A DNA stretch of 64,000 bases, taken from an uncultured delta proteobacterium (GTDB lineage: Bacteria > Desulfobacterota > WTBG01). Positions 10,223 through 20,629 of this stretch are shown here, in pieces (position 1 is the first letter of the stretch; each line of letters begins with the position of its first letter). Position numbers and translations under genes: made by a program. The stretch covers positions 128,001-192,000 of the forward strand of contig CAWCBP010000008.1 in assembly GCA_963793865.1 (NCBI GenBank), given 5' to 3'. Under the pieces are notes generated by a model that was not told where the DNA came from, searched no databases, and was given only the letters and a program-made list of their open reading frames with translations.

Positions 10223-11047
10223 ATGATAAAAACCAGGGCGATAGTTCTCTCGGGAAACGGCACCAATTGTGAGATGGAAACGGCCCACGCCTGCAGGCTG
10301 GGCGGGTTCGATCAGGTTGATATTGTTCACATCAGCGACCTGGTGTACGGGGAAAAGAAACTGCGGGACTATCACTTCCTCAATCTGCCCGGCGGATTTC
10401 TGGATGGAGACGACCTCGGCGCCGCCAAGGCACATGCCAACCGCATCAGGCACGCGGTGACTAAGGATACCGGCGAGCGGCTGTTTGACCATTTTCTGCA
10501 GTTCATTCAAAAGGGCGGCCTGATCCTCGGCGTGTGCAACGGGTTTCAGCTGATGGTCAAGCTGGGGCTGCTGCCCGGCTTTGATGGCGACTATACCGCG
10601 CAGCGGGCCACCCTGACTTTCAACGATTCGGGGCGGTTTGAAGACCGCTGGGTGAACCTGGGCGTCAACCGGCAAAGCCCCTGCATTTTTACCCGGGGTA
10701 TGGATACTGTGTATCTCCCGGTCAGGCACGGTGAAGGCAAGTTCGTTGTTGAAAATCCTGCGGTGCTGCAAACGCTGCATGAGCAGTCCCAGGTCGTCAT
10801 GTGTTATACCCGGAATGGCGGGGAGGAACCAACCACCGATTATCCCTGCAATCCCAACGGCTCCATTGACGGCATAGCCGGCATTTGTGATGAGAGCGGC
10901 AGGATGCTGGGGATGATGCCCCATCCCGAGGGCTACCTGCATTATACCAATCATCCCCGCTGGACGCGGGAGCGGCTGCCGGAGGAAGGCGCAGGTGTTG
11001 CCTTTTTCAGAAACGCGGCAGACTACGTGCGGCAGAGTCTTGCGTGA
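10223..11047 (+). CDS. purQ: FGAM synthase glutaminase subunit
   Basis: GTNCE, PGGFLDGD, GVCNGFQ and MMPHPE motifs. Confidence 0.95.
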   Translation: MIKTRAIVLSGNGTNCEMETAHACRLGGFDQVDIVHISDLVYGEKKLRDYHFLNLPGGFLDGDDLGAAKAHANRIRHAVTKDTGERLFDHFLQFIQKGGLILGVCNGFQLMVKLGLLPGFDGDYTAQRATLTFNDSGRFEDRWVNLGVNRQSPCIFTRGMDTVYLPVRHGEGKFVVENPAVLQTLHEQSQVVMCYTRNGGEEPTTDYPCNPNGSIDGIAGICDESGRMLGMMPHPEGYLHYTNHPRWTRERLPEEGAGVAFFRNAADYVRQSLA

Positions 11048-11054
11048 GAAATGT

Positions 11055-11555
11055 ATGAGCGGTAAAAAATTCTGTACCTATTGCGGCGCCCGGCTGACCG
11101 AACGGGTGTTCGAGGAAAGACCCCGCGGATATTGTCCGGGATGCGACAGCATACACTACGAGAATCCCGTGCCCGCCGTTGCCGCGCTGGTTGTGAACCC
11201 TGACAACCAGCTGCTGCTGGTTAAGCGGGGAGTGGAGCCGGCAAAGGGGATGTGGTGTCTCCCCGGGGGCTTCCTTGAGATCGATGAAAGTATCGAGGGG
11301 GCGGTTCTGCGCGAGCTGGAAGAAGAGACGGGCATCCTGGGGGAAATCATCGGGCTGGTTGACTTCTTTTCACAACGGAGCCCCCACTACGGGGCGATTC
11401 TGCTTTTTGGCTATACGGTAACCATGACCGGCGGAACGGTCAGGCCCGGCTTTGACGCCGAGGCGGTTGCATTTTTTGACCGGGATGCCCTGCCTCCCAT
11501 CGCCTTTTTTTCCCATCAAAAATTGATCGAGAAGATCATGCGCGGCCCGAAATAA
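11055..11555 (+). CDS. NUDIX hydrolase with N-terminal zinc ribbon
   Basis: Two CxxC pairs; Nudix box GGFLEIDESIEGAVLRELEEETG. Confidence 0.9.
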   Translation: MSGKKFCTYCGARLTERVFEERPRGYCPGCDSIHYENPVPAVAALVVNPDNQLLLVKRGVEPAKGMWCLPGGFLEIDESIEGAVLRELEEETGILGEIIGLVDFFSQRSPHYGAILLFGYTVTMTGGTVRPGFDAEAVAFFDRDALPPIAFFSHQKLIEKIMRGPK

Positions 11556-11585
11556 CAGCGGCACCGTCATGCTCTCAGCACCTGC

Positions 11586-13706
11586 TTATCCGGCCTTTTC
11601 CATTTCAAGCTTGCGAATGACTTCCCTGATGCTCTCAGCCTGCGGGTGCCGCGGCGCTTTTTCAAGTGCCGTCCGCAAATGGTAAAGTGCTTTCTTGTTA
11701 TCCTTTACCTTTTCCAGGCACAGTGACGCAATCTTTAGCCGTGCCTCCGCATCGCCGGGGACGAGCTGCAGGGCCTGCTCATACGCCTCAATCGCCTTAT
11801 CATACCGCGAGATTTTTTCATAAGCCGCGCCCAGCCGGTAATACACGGCGGGCAGAAAGCGAACTGCCCTGCTGGCACGGAGAAGGACCTCTGCTGACTG
11901 CTCATGTCGCTTGAGGCCGCTATAGGTATCCGCAAGATTATAGTAGGCGTCAATATAGCCGCGATTCAGGGTCAAGGCCTTCTCATAATTCACGATGGCC
12001 TGGTCATAATCCTGCAAGCTGCGGTACACGTTGCCCAGATTGTTGTATGCCTCTGCGTAATCCGGTTTTCTCTCCAGGGCGCTCCGGTATGCCTTTATTG
12101 CTTCAGGAAATTTATTTTGCATGGCATAGGCATTGCCCAGATTGTTGAAGTTCCTAACGTTGGCGGGATTGAGCTCAGCAGTTTTTGCATACATGGCCAG
12201 TGCGCGTTCATAATTTTTTTCTTCCTTGTAGACATTTCCCAGGTTGTAGTACGCCTTTTCGTAAGCGGGCTGCAGCGTGATCGCCCGGTTGTACAGGCCC
12301 TTTGCCGTTTCGTAATCCTTCCGGTTGTAGTATTCAATGCCGAGGTTGTTGATCGCCCGCACGCAGGAAGGAACGGTTTTAACCGTCTTGCTCCAGATGG
12401 TGAAGCTGTCCTTCCAGTCGTAGTTTCTGTAGAAGGTTCTCACTGATAATAATGCAATGATGACAGTGAAAAGTGCATAGGTGGGCCGCTTCCACCGTGC
12501 GCTTGCAGCTGCCCGATTGAAAAGGAGTGAGGCCAGAAGGACAAATCCGAAGGAGGGCAGGTACAGATAGTGCTCTGCCAGCAGCTCGTGGTGAGGGAAA
12601 ATGTGACAGACCGGAAGCAGGGTGACAAAAAACCAGATGATGGCAAAGGCCATGACCGAATTGCTCAAAAGGAGTCTCACGGTTACAAAGGCAATCAGGC
12701 AGAGGGCGATGATGGAAAGAAAGGCCGCCGGCTCGAAAATGAGAGGTGACCAGGGGAAAGGAATTAAATGAATAATCGGCAATCAGGGTGACGGGATACA
12801 GCAGCAGCTTTATGTAATAAACCAGTATTTTCCCCAGGGTGAGCAGCTGTACATACAGCTCTCCTCCGTAAAAGCCGATCTTGTTCGAGGGGGACTTGAT
12901 CAGCACCTTGTAGCAGGTAAAGAGTAGAGCGGGGGTCAGGAAGCCAAGATAGAAAAGCTTGTAACGGGCTATGATTTTTTTCAGTGCCGCAGTGCAGCGC
13001 CTGAAAGCGGGGCCTTCAGGCGCAAGATTGGTGACGAAGTCGTAGAAGAAAAACATGGCCGGAAGCGTTACCGCCATTTCTTTGGATGCAATGGCAAGAA
13101 GGTACGAGGCGAGCGAGAGAAAAAGTAGCTTAGGCTGATTTTTCTGCCGCGACCGCAGGAAGAGGAAGAAGCCGAGAATATAGAAGAGGGTTGAGAGAAT
13201 GTCCCGCCTGCCGGAGATGTAGGTGACGCTGTCGGTGTGAACCGGGTGAACGGTGAAAATGCATGCGGCAAAAAAAGCGGCGCGGCCGCTTCCCGTCAGG
13301 GCCGCGATGGTCAGGTAAATTATGATGGCGGTGACGCAGTGCAGGATGATATTCGATACGTGGTAGGCAACGGGATTGAGGCCGGAGAGCCGGTAGTCTA
13401 TGGCATAACTGACCCATCTCAGGGGCCGGTAGGGGGCCTTGTCTATTCCGGCGAAGAGATACGCGGGCACCCGGGCAAGATTTCTGATGGAAGGATTGTC
13501 GCGAATGAGGGGAAGGTCATCGAATACGAATTGATTGTTGAGGGAGTTGAGATAGACCGCCGAGCCCAGGAGTACCAGGCACAGCAGGGCGATTACCGTG
13601 CGACGGTGTGTTGCGGCCGAAGCCGGCCCGCTCCCGGCGGAGGCTGGGCTTTTTTTTTCTGAGCGGTCACCGCGCTGCTGACAGCGCGTCTTTTTTTACT
13701 GCCCAC
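11586..13706 (-). CDS. TMTC-like membrane glycosyltransferase with C-terminal TPR repeats; frameshifts at ~13654 (A9 tract) and ~12750
   Basis: NQFVFDD, YRPL, HPVHTDSVTYISGR, SKEMA, AEHYLYLPS motifs, then multiple NNLGN TPR units; GTG at 13706 with GGAAGGA RBS. Confidence 0.8.
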
Positions 13707-13711
13707 GCGCT

Positions 13712-15019
13712 TTATCCTTCCCGGTCAAAGAAGCTCCACCGCTCCTTGTTGCTCAGCAGCTTTATCGCGCAAAACTCTCCGCACATGGTGCACACGTCCT
13801 TGTCGGCGGGCCGGCTGCTCGAGCGCAGCCTCTCTGCCAGCTCCGGGTCAACCGAGAGCCTGATCTGACTCTCCCAGTCCATGGCCTTGCGGGCGCGTGC
13901 CATCTGCATGTCCTTTTCCATCGCGCCCTTGACACCCTTGGCGATATCAGCGGCATGGGCGGCGATCCTGGAGGCGATGACACCGCTTTTTACATCCTCT
14001 ATGCTGGGAAGCCGCAGATGCTCCGACGGGGTGACATAGCAGAGAAAATCAGCGCCGGCGGCCGCGGCCAGGGCGCCGCCTATGGCGGAGGTGATGTGGT
14101 CGTATCCGGGGGCGATGTCGGTTACCAGGGGGCCCAGCACGTAAAAAGGGGCGCCGTGGCAGAGCTGCTTCTGAAGCTGGATGTTGGTCCCGATCTGGTG
14201 GAGGGGCACGTGCCCCGGCCCCTCAATCATGACCTGGACATTTCGTGCGGCAGCCCGCGCTGCCAGCTCTCCCAGTATGATCAGCTCCTGCACCTGTCCC
14301 CGGTCGGTGGCGTCAGCCAGGCAACCCGGTCGCAGCCCGTCGCCCAGGCTTAAGGTGAGGTCATAGTCACAGGCGAGATCGAGCAGCCGGTCATACTGCT
14401 CGTAGAGGGGGTTTTCTTTTTTGTTGTAGGCCATCCATTCGACGGTGAATGCCCCGCCGCGGCTCACCACATCCATGAGCCGGCCTTCACGGTGCAGGCG
14501 CTGCGCCGACGCGCGGGTTACCCCGCAGTGCACGGTGATGAAATCAACGCCGTCTTCGGCATGCTTCTGTATTACCTGGAAGAGCGTCTCGGGAGACATG
14601 TGCACCATTGCCGTGCCGGTCCGGACCGTTTCAATCACCGCCTGGTAAATGGGCACCGTTCCGACGGGCACGGTGGATTCACTGATGATCTCGCGCCTGA
14701 TGTCATCGAGCGCGCCCCCGGTGCTCAAATCCATTATCGTGTCTGCCCCGGCCGCAATGGCCGCCCTGAGCTTCTGCAGCTCCTCCTCGCTGTCCTGGTG
14801 ATCTTTGGAGGTGCCGATGTTGGCGTTGATCTTGGTGCGCAGCCCCTTGCCGATGCCGCAGGGAGGGATGGCGGCGTGGTTTCTGTTGCGGGGGATGATG
14901 ATATGCCCTTCGGCAATGCCCCGCAGGATCACCTGCGCATCAATCTGTTCGGCGGAGGCGACCGCCTCCATGGCCGGGGTCAGAATTCCTTTTCGTGCCT
15001 GTTCCAGCTGGCGTTCCAT
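13712..15019 (-). CDS. thiC: Phosphomethylpyrimidine synthase
   Basis: [22 protein letters not shown] and CTMCGEFC motifs. Confidence 0.97.
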   Translation of the reverse strand: MERQLEQARKGILTPAMEAVASAEQIDAQVILRGIAEGHIIIPRNRNHAAIPPCGIGKGLRTKINANIGTSKDHQDSEEELQKLRAAIAAGADTIMDLSTGGALDDIRREIISESTVPVGTVPIYQAVIETVRTGTAMVHMSPETLFQVIQKHAEDGVDFITVHCGVTRASAQRLHREGRLMDVVSRGGAFTVEWMAYNKKENPLYEQYDRLLDLACDYDLTLSLGDGLRPGCLADATDRGQVQELIILGELAARAAARNVQVMIEGPGHVPLHQIGTNIQLQKQLCHGAPFYVLGPLVTDIAPGYDHITSAIGGALAAAAGADFLCYVTPSEHLRLPSIEDVKSGVIASRIAAHAADIAKGVKGAMEKDMQMARARKAMDWESQIRLSVDPELAERLRSSSRPADKDVCTMCGEFCAIKLLSNKERWSFFDREG

Positions 15020-15033
15020 GGATGTCCGCTTTT

Positions 15034-16362
15034 TCAGTGGGCTATCTTTAACACTTTTTCGGCCACGTCCATGGGATTGATTCCCATGACCCGTACCATG
15101 GGTTCCTTACCCATGTCTCCCAAATCGTAAATGATGTCCGGCACAGCCCCCTTTTTGCCGATGAGGCGATCGATGCCCCAGCTTAAGCTGCTGCCTTCCA
15201 TCTCCTTTACCTCCGCCGGCTCGTCGGCGCGGTCAAAGCTCGCCACCGTGAGCCTGAGCGTCCTGCACTTCCTGATTATCTCCGGGGAATAGCGAATGTT
15301 CATGGCCGACCTCACGCCGCTGCGATACTGCATCGCGGTGAGGATGATCTGGGCGATGTGGCGTGACGCGCCGGGCAGCGGGTCGGCCACTGCAGCTATG
15401 CCCGCATTAAGCCTGATGATTCTGCCCGGAAAGGCGACAACGTCCTCCGGGCCGGCGGCCAGGGGCAGGGCGTAGCCGAGATTGGACTGCACCTCGGGAA
15501 TGAGATGGCCGATGGCTCCGTCTTTAAGCGCGGCCAGGGCGCGCTTAAGCTCCCCGCCGCAGTGCAGTACCTCCTGGTGCCGGGAAAATGAAGCGTAGGG
15601 ATTGAGCGGGCCGCAGCCGTGCCCCAGGTCAATGGAGGACCTGATGGCGGCGGTGACAAACTCCTTCGCCCGTTTGACCGCATCGAGCAGGGGGGAGCCG
15701 CCGGCTATTTCCATTGCCAGCGCCGCCGACAGGGTGCAGCCGGTCCCATGGGTGTTCCGGCTTTCAATCCGTTCGGATGCCAGCTCGTAGTAATCCCGGC
15801 CGTCATAGAGGATATCAATGGCCCTGCCTTTGAGATGGCCTCCTTTGACCAGCACATTGCGGGCCCCCATCAGGTGAATGGCATGCGCGGCCTTTTTCAT
15901 CCGGGGAACGCTTTCCGTACTTGTACCGGTGAGGACTGAAGCCTCGTGGAGATTGGGGGTGACGATGAATGCCAGGGGAATGAGCTCCCGCTTGAACGCG
16001 GGATACGCCTCCTTCTCCAGGAGTACCGCTCCGCCTTTTGCCACCATGACCGGGTCAACGATGATCTTTGTCTCCGCCAGGCAGCGCAGTATGCGAGAGA
16101 CCGCTTTGACGATCCGGCCATTGGCCAGCATCCCCGTTTTAACCGCGTCGACCCCGATGTCCGAGATGACCGCGTTGATCTGGCGGGCGACAAAGGGTGC
16201 GGGCACGGGATAAACGGCCTGAACGCCGGTGGTGTTTTGCGCCGTCAGGGCAGTGATGGCGCTCATGCCAAACCCGCCCATGAGCGCGATGACTTTCAGA
16301 TCCGCCTGAATGCCCGCGCCGCCCCCGGAATCAGAAGCGGCTATGGTTAAGATTCTCCTCAT
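15034..16362 (-). CDS. thiD: HMP/HMP-P kinase fused to a ThiN-type thiamine-phosphate synthase domain (ThiDN)
   Basis: [12 protein letters not shown] and NTHGTGCT in the kinase domain; C-terminal [28 protein letters not shown] domain. Confidence 0.9.
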   Translation of the reverse strand: MRRILTIAASDSGGGAGIQADLKVIALMGGFGMSAITALTAQNTTGVQAVYPVPAPFVARQINAVISDIGVDAVKTGMLANGRIVKAVSRILRCLAETKIIVDPVMVAKGGAVLLEKEAYPAFKRELIPLAFIVTPNLHEASVLTGTSTESVPRMKKAAHAIHLMGARNVLVKGGHLKGRAIDILYDGRDYYELASERIESRNTHGTGCTLSAALAMEIAGGSPLLDAVKRAKEFVTAAIRSSIDLGHGCGPLNPYASFSRHQEVLHCGGELKRALAALKDGAIGHLIPEVQSNLGYALPLAAGPEDVVAFPGRIIRLNAGIAAVADPLPGASRHIAQIILTAMQYRSGVRSAMNIRYSPEIIRKCRTLRLTVASFDRADEPAEVKEMEGSSLSWGIDRLIGKKGAVPDIIYDLGDMGKEPMVRVMGINPMDVAEKVLKIAH

Positions 16363-16389
16363 GGAAAAGCCCTTATTGCCCGGGGAAAT

Positions 16390-16491
16390 AAAAAAAGCCG
16401 GGCGGCTTTTTTAAGCGGTGTTCTCGGTAATCGGTTAACACTCATGCTGCGCGCTTGATCATAAATGTACCAGAGACTGGTCATTTGTCAA
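16390..16491 (-). promoter_or_regulatory. sigma70 promoter and terminator-containing leader of thiDN-thiC
   Basis: TTGACA-16-TACATT (16491-16464); hairpin AAAAAAGCC/GGCTTTTTTT at 16412-16390, upstream of the start codon. Confidence 0.55.
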
Positions 16492-16599
16492 GACTTTTAT
16501 CTTTTTGAATTACTTGAGCTTTTCCTTGCCTGCCGGGTTGATTTGTGCTATAGGGTGCTGTGTTCGATATAATTATATTCAGACTGAAAGGCAACGGAT

Positions 16600-17553
16600 G
16601 TGGAAACGCTGGGAGATTATTTAAAAAGTAAAAGGGAAGCATTAAACATATCGCTTCAGGAAATAGCCCAGGTCACCAGGATTCGTAGATCCATCCTTGA
16701 GGCTATCGAGAGCAATCGGTACGACCTCCTGCCTCCGAAAGTTTTTGCCCAGGGATTCATCAAAAGCTACGCCTCCTATCTCGGATTGGATGAAAACGAG
16801 GTGATCAAGCGATATTCCGAACTGGTCGAAGCGCCGGATGAGGATACGAAAACGGCCGAGGTGCGAACATCGTCCTCGTCCGGCCGTTTTTTTTTCATCA
16901 TACTGCTGGTCGCCGGGCTGATCGCGGCAGCGGTATTCCTGCTGCGCATGAATCCAGGCGATGAAAACGCTGAAGACAGTGTGCCGCAGGAAACGGCACC
17001 GGTCTCCGCGCCGCCTGCGCCGGTGACGCCTGCACCTGATGAATCAGCCTCTGTTGAATCCGGGAGAGAGACGGCGGAAGCGCCGGCGGCTTTCACATCA
17101 ACCATAATGGCTGAAGAGGGCAGCCTGACAACCGCTGCTGTTGAGGGGCCGCCTTCCGAAACTGCCGGGCAGCGGCAGCCCGACATTGCTGAGCAGCAGC
17201 CTCCTGCCGTGGCGAGTGGCCCGCCCCTTACCGCGATTGTTGAGCAGCAACCCGCGGCGACTGCCGGTCAACCACCGGCGACTGATGCCGATCAGCGGCC
17301 CGCCCGTGCAGCCTCGACCCCCCTGGTTTTGAAAATCGTGGCCTCCCAGAACACATGGATGAGAATTCAATCCGATACGGAGAGACCGGTTGAATTTATC
17401 CTGAAAGGGGGCCAGACACGGACCGTCAGCGCAGCTGAAAAATTTACCCTCAGGATTGGAAACGCGGGAGGGGTGGATCTTTTCTTAAATGAGCAGGGAT
17501 TGGGGAAACCCGGAAAGCCGGGTGAAGTGCTGCAGCTGACACTGCCGGAGTAA
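16600..17553 (+). CDS. rodZ: RodZ-like protein (HTH, transmembrane helix, DUF4115)
   Basis: LGDYLKSKRE..GFIKSYASYLGLD; single TM; C-terminal LRIGNAGGV. Confidence 0.85.
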   Translation: METLGDYLKSKREALNISLQEIAQVTRIRRSILEAIESNRYDLLPPKVFAQGFIKSYASYLGLDENEVIKRYSELVEAPDEDTKTAEVRTSSSSGRFFFIILLVAGLIAAAVFLLRMNPGDENAEDSVPQETAPVSAPPAPVTPAPDESASVESGRETAEAPAAFTSTIMAEEGSLTTAAVEGPPSETAGQRQPDIAEQQPPAVASGPPLTAIVEQQPAATAGQPPATDADQRPARAASTPLVLKIVASQNTWMRIQSDTERPVEFILKGGQTRTVSAAEKFTLRIGNAGGVDLFLNEQGLGKPGKPGEVLQLTLPE

Positions 17554-17634
17554 CAGGGGCAGGATGGGGTTCGGGTTTCTAAATTCGTGCTTTGGGCTTT
17601 TTCCACGAGGTGCGGGTGATTCATGTGAAAATAC

Positions 17635-17663
17635 GTAGAGGCGACCGGCCGGTCGCCCCTAAC
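17635..17663. repeat. GTAG-type REP palindrome
   Basis: GTAGAGGCGACCGGCCGGTCGCCCCTAAC. Confidence 0.8.
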
Positions 17664-17725
17664 AGTTGATAAGCACAAAGAATCCTCAAATTTGTTTTAA
17701 CTTCATTGATGAAATAAGGAATAGT

Positions 17726-18625
17726 ATGAACTTGCTGGTGGTGGGCTCGGTGGCCCTTGACTCCATCGAAACACCCGCGGGAAAGGCAGAAAGGGTGCTG
17801 GGCGGTTCGGCAGTTTATTTCTCGGTGGCGGCGAGCTATTTTACCGAAGTGGGCCTGGTGGCTGTCGTCGGCCGCGATTTTCCCGAAGAGCATATCGGCC
17901 TGCTTAAGGAGAGGAAGATTGATCTGCGCGGATTGACCCGGGAGTCCGGCTTGACCTTCCACTGGAAAGGGCGCTACAACGGCGATTTGAACGAGGCCGA
18001 GTCCCTGGATACGCAGCTCAACGTTTTCGAGACCTTCCGCCCCCTCATTCCCCCCGAATACCAGGCGGTTTCTTTTGTCTTCCTTGCCAACATAGATCCT
18101 GAATTGCAGCTCTCTGTCCTGAAGCAGGTGAAGCGCCCGAGGCTTACCATCTGCGACACCATGAACTTCTGGATACAGGGGAAAGAGGACGCGCTTCGTG
18201 AAACCATAAAGCAGGTTGATATTCTGATCATAAATGAGGGAGAGGCCCGCCTTCTCTCCCGGCAATCCAATTTGATCAGGGCGTATCGCACCATAGCATC
18301 GCTTGGACCGAAAACGGTGGTGATAAAAAAAGGCAGCCACGGTGCGCTGCTCTTTACGCCCTCATCCGTCTTTGCCGCGCCGGCATACCTGCTGGAAACG
18401 GTAACCGACCCCACCGGGGCGGGAGACTGCTTTGCGGGCGGATTTGCGGGCTATCTGGCGCGGGTGCAGCAAACCTCCGAAGAAGAGCTGCGCAGGGCGG
18501 TTATTTATGGCAGCGTCATGGCTTCCTTCAATGTCGAGGGATTCAGCCTGGACCGGCTGAGGACCTTGAGCAGAGACGAGATTGAAAACCGCTTCATCTC
18601 TTTTAAGCAGCTGACCCGGTTCTGA
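17726..18625 (+). CDS. PfkB-family carbohydrate/nucleoside kinase
   Basis: VVGSVALD, LGGSA and DPTGAGDCFAGG motifs. Confidence 0.9.
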   Translation: MNLLVVGSVALDSIETPAGKAERVLGGSAVYFSVAASYFTEVGLVAVVGRDFPEEHIGLLKERKIDLRGLTRESGLTFHWKGRYNGDLNEAESLDTQLNVFETFRPLIPPEYQAVSFVFLANIDPELQLSVLKQVKRPRLTICDTMNFWIQGKEDALRETIKQVDILIINEGEARLLSRQSNLIRAYRTIASLGPKTVVIKKGSHGALLFTPSSVFAAPAYLLETVTDPTGAGDCFAGGFAGYLARVQQTSEEELRRAVIYGSVMASFNVEGFSLDRLRTLSRDEIENRFISFKQLTRF

Positions 18626-18664
18626 ACCGGCCGCAGGCAATTCTGCTGACATCTTACCTTCGGC

Positions 18665-19444
18665 ATGATAACCCTCATTACCGACTTCGGCGACAGGGGT
18701 GGATACGCGGGCATTATGAAGGGTGTTATACTGACCATTAACCCCCGCTGTCCCATTATTGACATCACCCACCACATTGCCCCTCAAAACATAGAAGAAG
18801 CTGCCTTTGTGCTCGGGAGCGCCTATCCTTTTTTCCCGGATGGAACAGTTCACCTGGTGGTGGTGGACCCCGGCGTGGGCGGTCCGAGGAAGCCGATTAT
18901 TGTTGAATGCGAAAGGCACCGCTTCGTCGGTCCCGACAATGGCGTTTTCAGCCTCGTGTTCGAGCGGGAAAGGATTACCGGTGTCCGGGAGATTTCCGCT
19001 GACCACTATGAGCATTCACAAGTGAGCCCCACCTTTCACGGCAGGGACATCTTTGCCCCCGTCGCGGCGCGGCTCAGCCTGGGGACGACTGCCGCTGAGC
19101 TGGGAAGAGAAGTGAGTTCCTGGGTTCGGCTGGACACGCTTGAGCCGGAGATTGCGGAGGGGGTGATTAAGGCCAGGGTGATTTCCGTGGATTACTTCGG
19201 CAATCTGGTAAGCAACCTGTCGCGGGATGATTTCATCCGGCTGGCGGGGTCCAGGCCGTTCCGCATTGCGGTGGGCGGAGCCGTTCTGAAGGGGATTGCC
19301 CGTTCGTACAGCGATGTCCGCGAAGGCGAGGTGCTGGCCCTTTTCGGAAGCTCGGGACTGCTGGAGATCTCCGTCCGGAACGGGGACTGCCGGCAGCAGC
19401 TGCAGGTAACGCGGGGGGCGCCGGTGGAGATAACGCTTCTGTGA
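18665..19444 (+). CDS. SAM hydroxide adenosyltransferase / chlorinase-fluorinase family (DUF62)
   Basis: ITDFG, VVDPGVG, GPDNG, TFHGRDIF and DYFGN motifs. Confidence 0.9.
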   Translation: MITLITDFGDRGGYAGIMKGVILTINPRCPIIDITHHIAPQNIEEAAFVLGSAYPFFPDGTVHLVVVDPGVGGPRKPIIVECERHRFVGPDNGVFSLVFERERITGVREISADHYEHSQVSPTFHGRDIFAPVAARLSLGTTAAELGREVSSWVRLDTLEPEIAEGVIKARVISVDYFGNLVSNLSRDDFIRLAGSRPFRIAVGGAVLKGIARSYSDVREGEVLALFGSSGLLEISVRNGDCRQQLQVTRGAPVEITLL

Positions 19445-19467
19445 TAACATTTTAATGAAGTTGAGTT

Positions 19468-19495
19468 GTAGGGGCGAGGGGCCGGTCGCCCCTAC
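19468..19495. repeat. GTAG-type REP palindrome
   Basis: GTAGGGGCGAGGGGCCGGTCGCCCCTAC. Confidence 0.8.
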
Positions 19496-19553
19496 ATTCA
19501 CATAAGACGTGGATACCCAAAGGGGCTTGGTGGTTTAAAATAAAGGAGGACAA

Positions 19554-19582
19554 CAAAAATCTCGCCTGGGGCGAGATTTTTG
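19554..19582. terminator. Bidirectional terminator between convergent genes
   Basis: AAAAATCTCGCC-TGG-GGCGAGATTTTT. Confidence 0.7.
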
Positions 19583-19619
19583 TAATATGGTCAGAATATC
19601 CGCGGCAACACACGGGGAT

Positions 19620-20567
19620 TTATTTTTCAGGCTTTGCCTCTGCGGGCGGCTTTGTCGCCTCGACTATCTTTTTGAGCGCATCTTCGTAAATCACCACGTC
19701 TGTTCTTCCCTTGATGTCCTTGAGCAGCGCCTCTATCGATTCGTTGCGCTTTTTCTGCTCCAGCTTGCTGCTGATCCTGCTGCGCGATTCCTCCAGGCTT
19801 TTGGTTTCCGCCGCCTTTGTTTCAAGCACCTTGATGATTTCGTATCCCTTGCTGGTAAGCACGGGGCTGCTCACCTCGTCCTTCTTCAGTTTCGCGGCCG
19901 CCTCTTCAAAAGCGGCCTCTTTCGATCCCTTTGAAAAAAATCCGATCACCCCGCCCCGGTTCTTTGTCGCGGCATCATCAGAATACTGCTTGGCGAGTTC
20001 GGAAAAATCCTCACCCTTTTTAATCCGGGCACAAATTTCATCAGCCCTGGCCTTTTTCTCCTTCTTCACGCTTTCAGAGGCGTCGGCCGGAACGGCAATC
20101 AGTATGTGGCTTGCCTTCATCCGTTCGGGCACCGCGAATTCACTTTTGTTGGTTTCATAATATGCCTTTATTTCCTGATCGGCGACGGCAATGTTTTTGT
20201 TGACGCTCTGTTCCAGGAGCGCCTGGGTCAATATGCCCTTGGTGAATTCCTCGATCTTGTACTGCACATCCGGATCCTTGTCAATCTTCAGCCGGCGCGC
20301 CTCCTGGGCAAACAGGGTGTTGTCGATTTGCCGCTGGAGCAGATTGTTGATCTGCTCGGAGGAGCTGAACATGGCCTGGTATGAGGGGGGCATCATCTTG
20401 ATTAATTTGCTCAAATCGCCGTAGACGATTTCAGTGCCGCCCACCTTGGCAATCACCGTGGCATCATGGGGGCCGGTTTTGCTCTCCTGCCCCTGCGCCG
20501 CCGGCGCAAGGCATATGAGGGCTAAACCGATGACAGCTATCACTTTGTGAAATACTCGTCCTTGCAT
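19620..20567 (-). CDS. Exported PpiC/parvulin peptidyl-prolyl isomerase
   Basis: Signal peptide; ASHILI, FSELAKQYSDD and GGVIGFF motifs; AAGGAGG RBS. Confidence 0.9.
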   Translation of the reverse strand: MQGRVFHKVIAVIGLALICLAPAAQGQESKTGPHDATVIAKVGGTEIVYGDLSKLIKMMPPSYQAMFSSSEQINNLLQRQIDNTLFAQEARRLKIDKDPDVQYKIEEFTKGILTQALLEQSVNKNIAVADQEIKAYYETNKSEFAVPERMKASHILIAVPADASESVKKEKKARADEICARIKKGEDFSELAKQYSDDAATKNRGGVIGFFSKGSKEAAFEEAAAKLKKDEVSSPVLTSKGYEIIKVLETKAAETKSLEESRSRISSKLEQKKRNESIEALLKDIKGRTDVVIYEDALKKIVEATKPPAEAKPEK

Positions 20568-20629
20568 GGTAACCTCCTTTTTCGTGTCAGTCCGCATCCT
20601 CTTCCGGTTTCTTTTCCTGAAAGGGAATA

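Noticed and set aside
8156..10954. Long antisense ORFs (575 aa and 343 aa here; similar ones opposite argG, hslU, malQ, the sigma gene and tkt)
   Set aside because: Shadow frames of GC-rich genes, with no recognisable motifs
17155..17310. Three imperfect ~17-aa repeats in the RodZ linker
   Set aside because: Low-complexity Pro/Ala/Gln linkers are normal in RodZ
18665..19444. Halogenase (fluorinase/chlorinase) biosynthetic gene
   Set aside because: Housekeeping context and the HGRD motif fit the widespread DUF62 SAM hydrolase; no biosynthetic cluster is nearby
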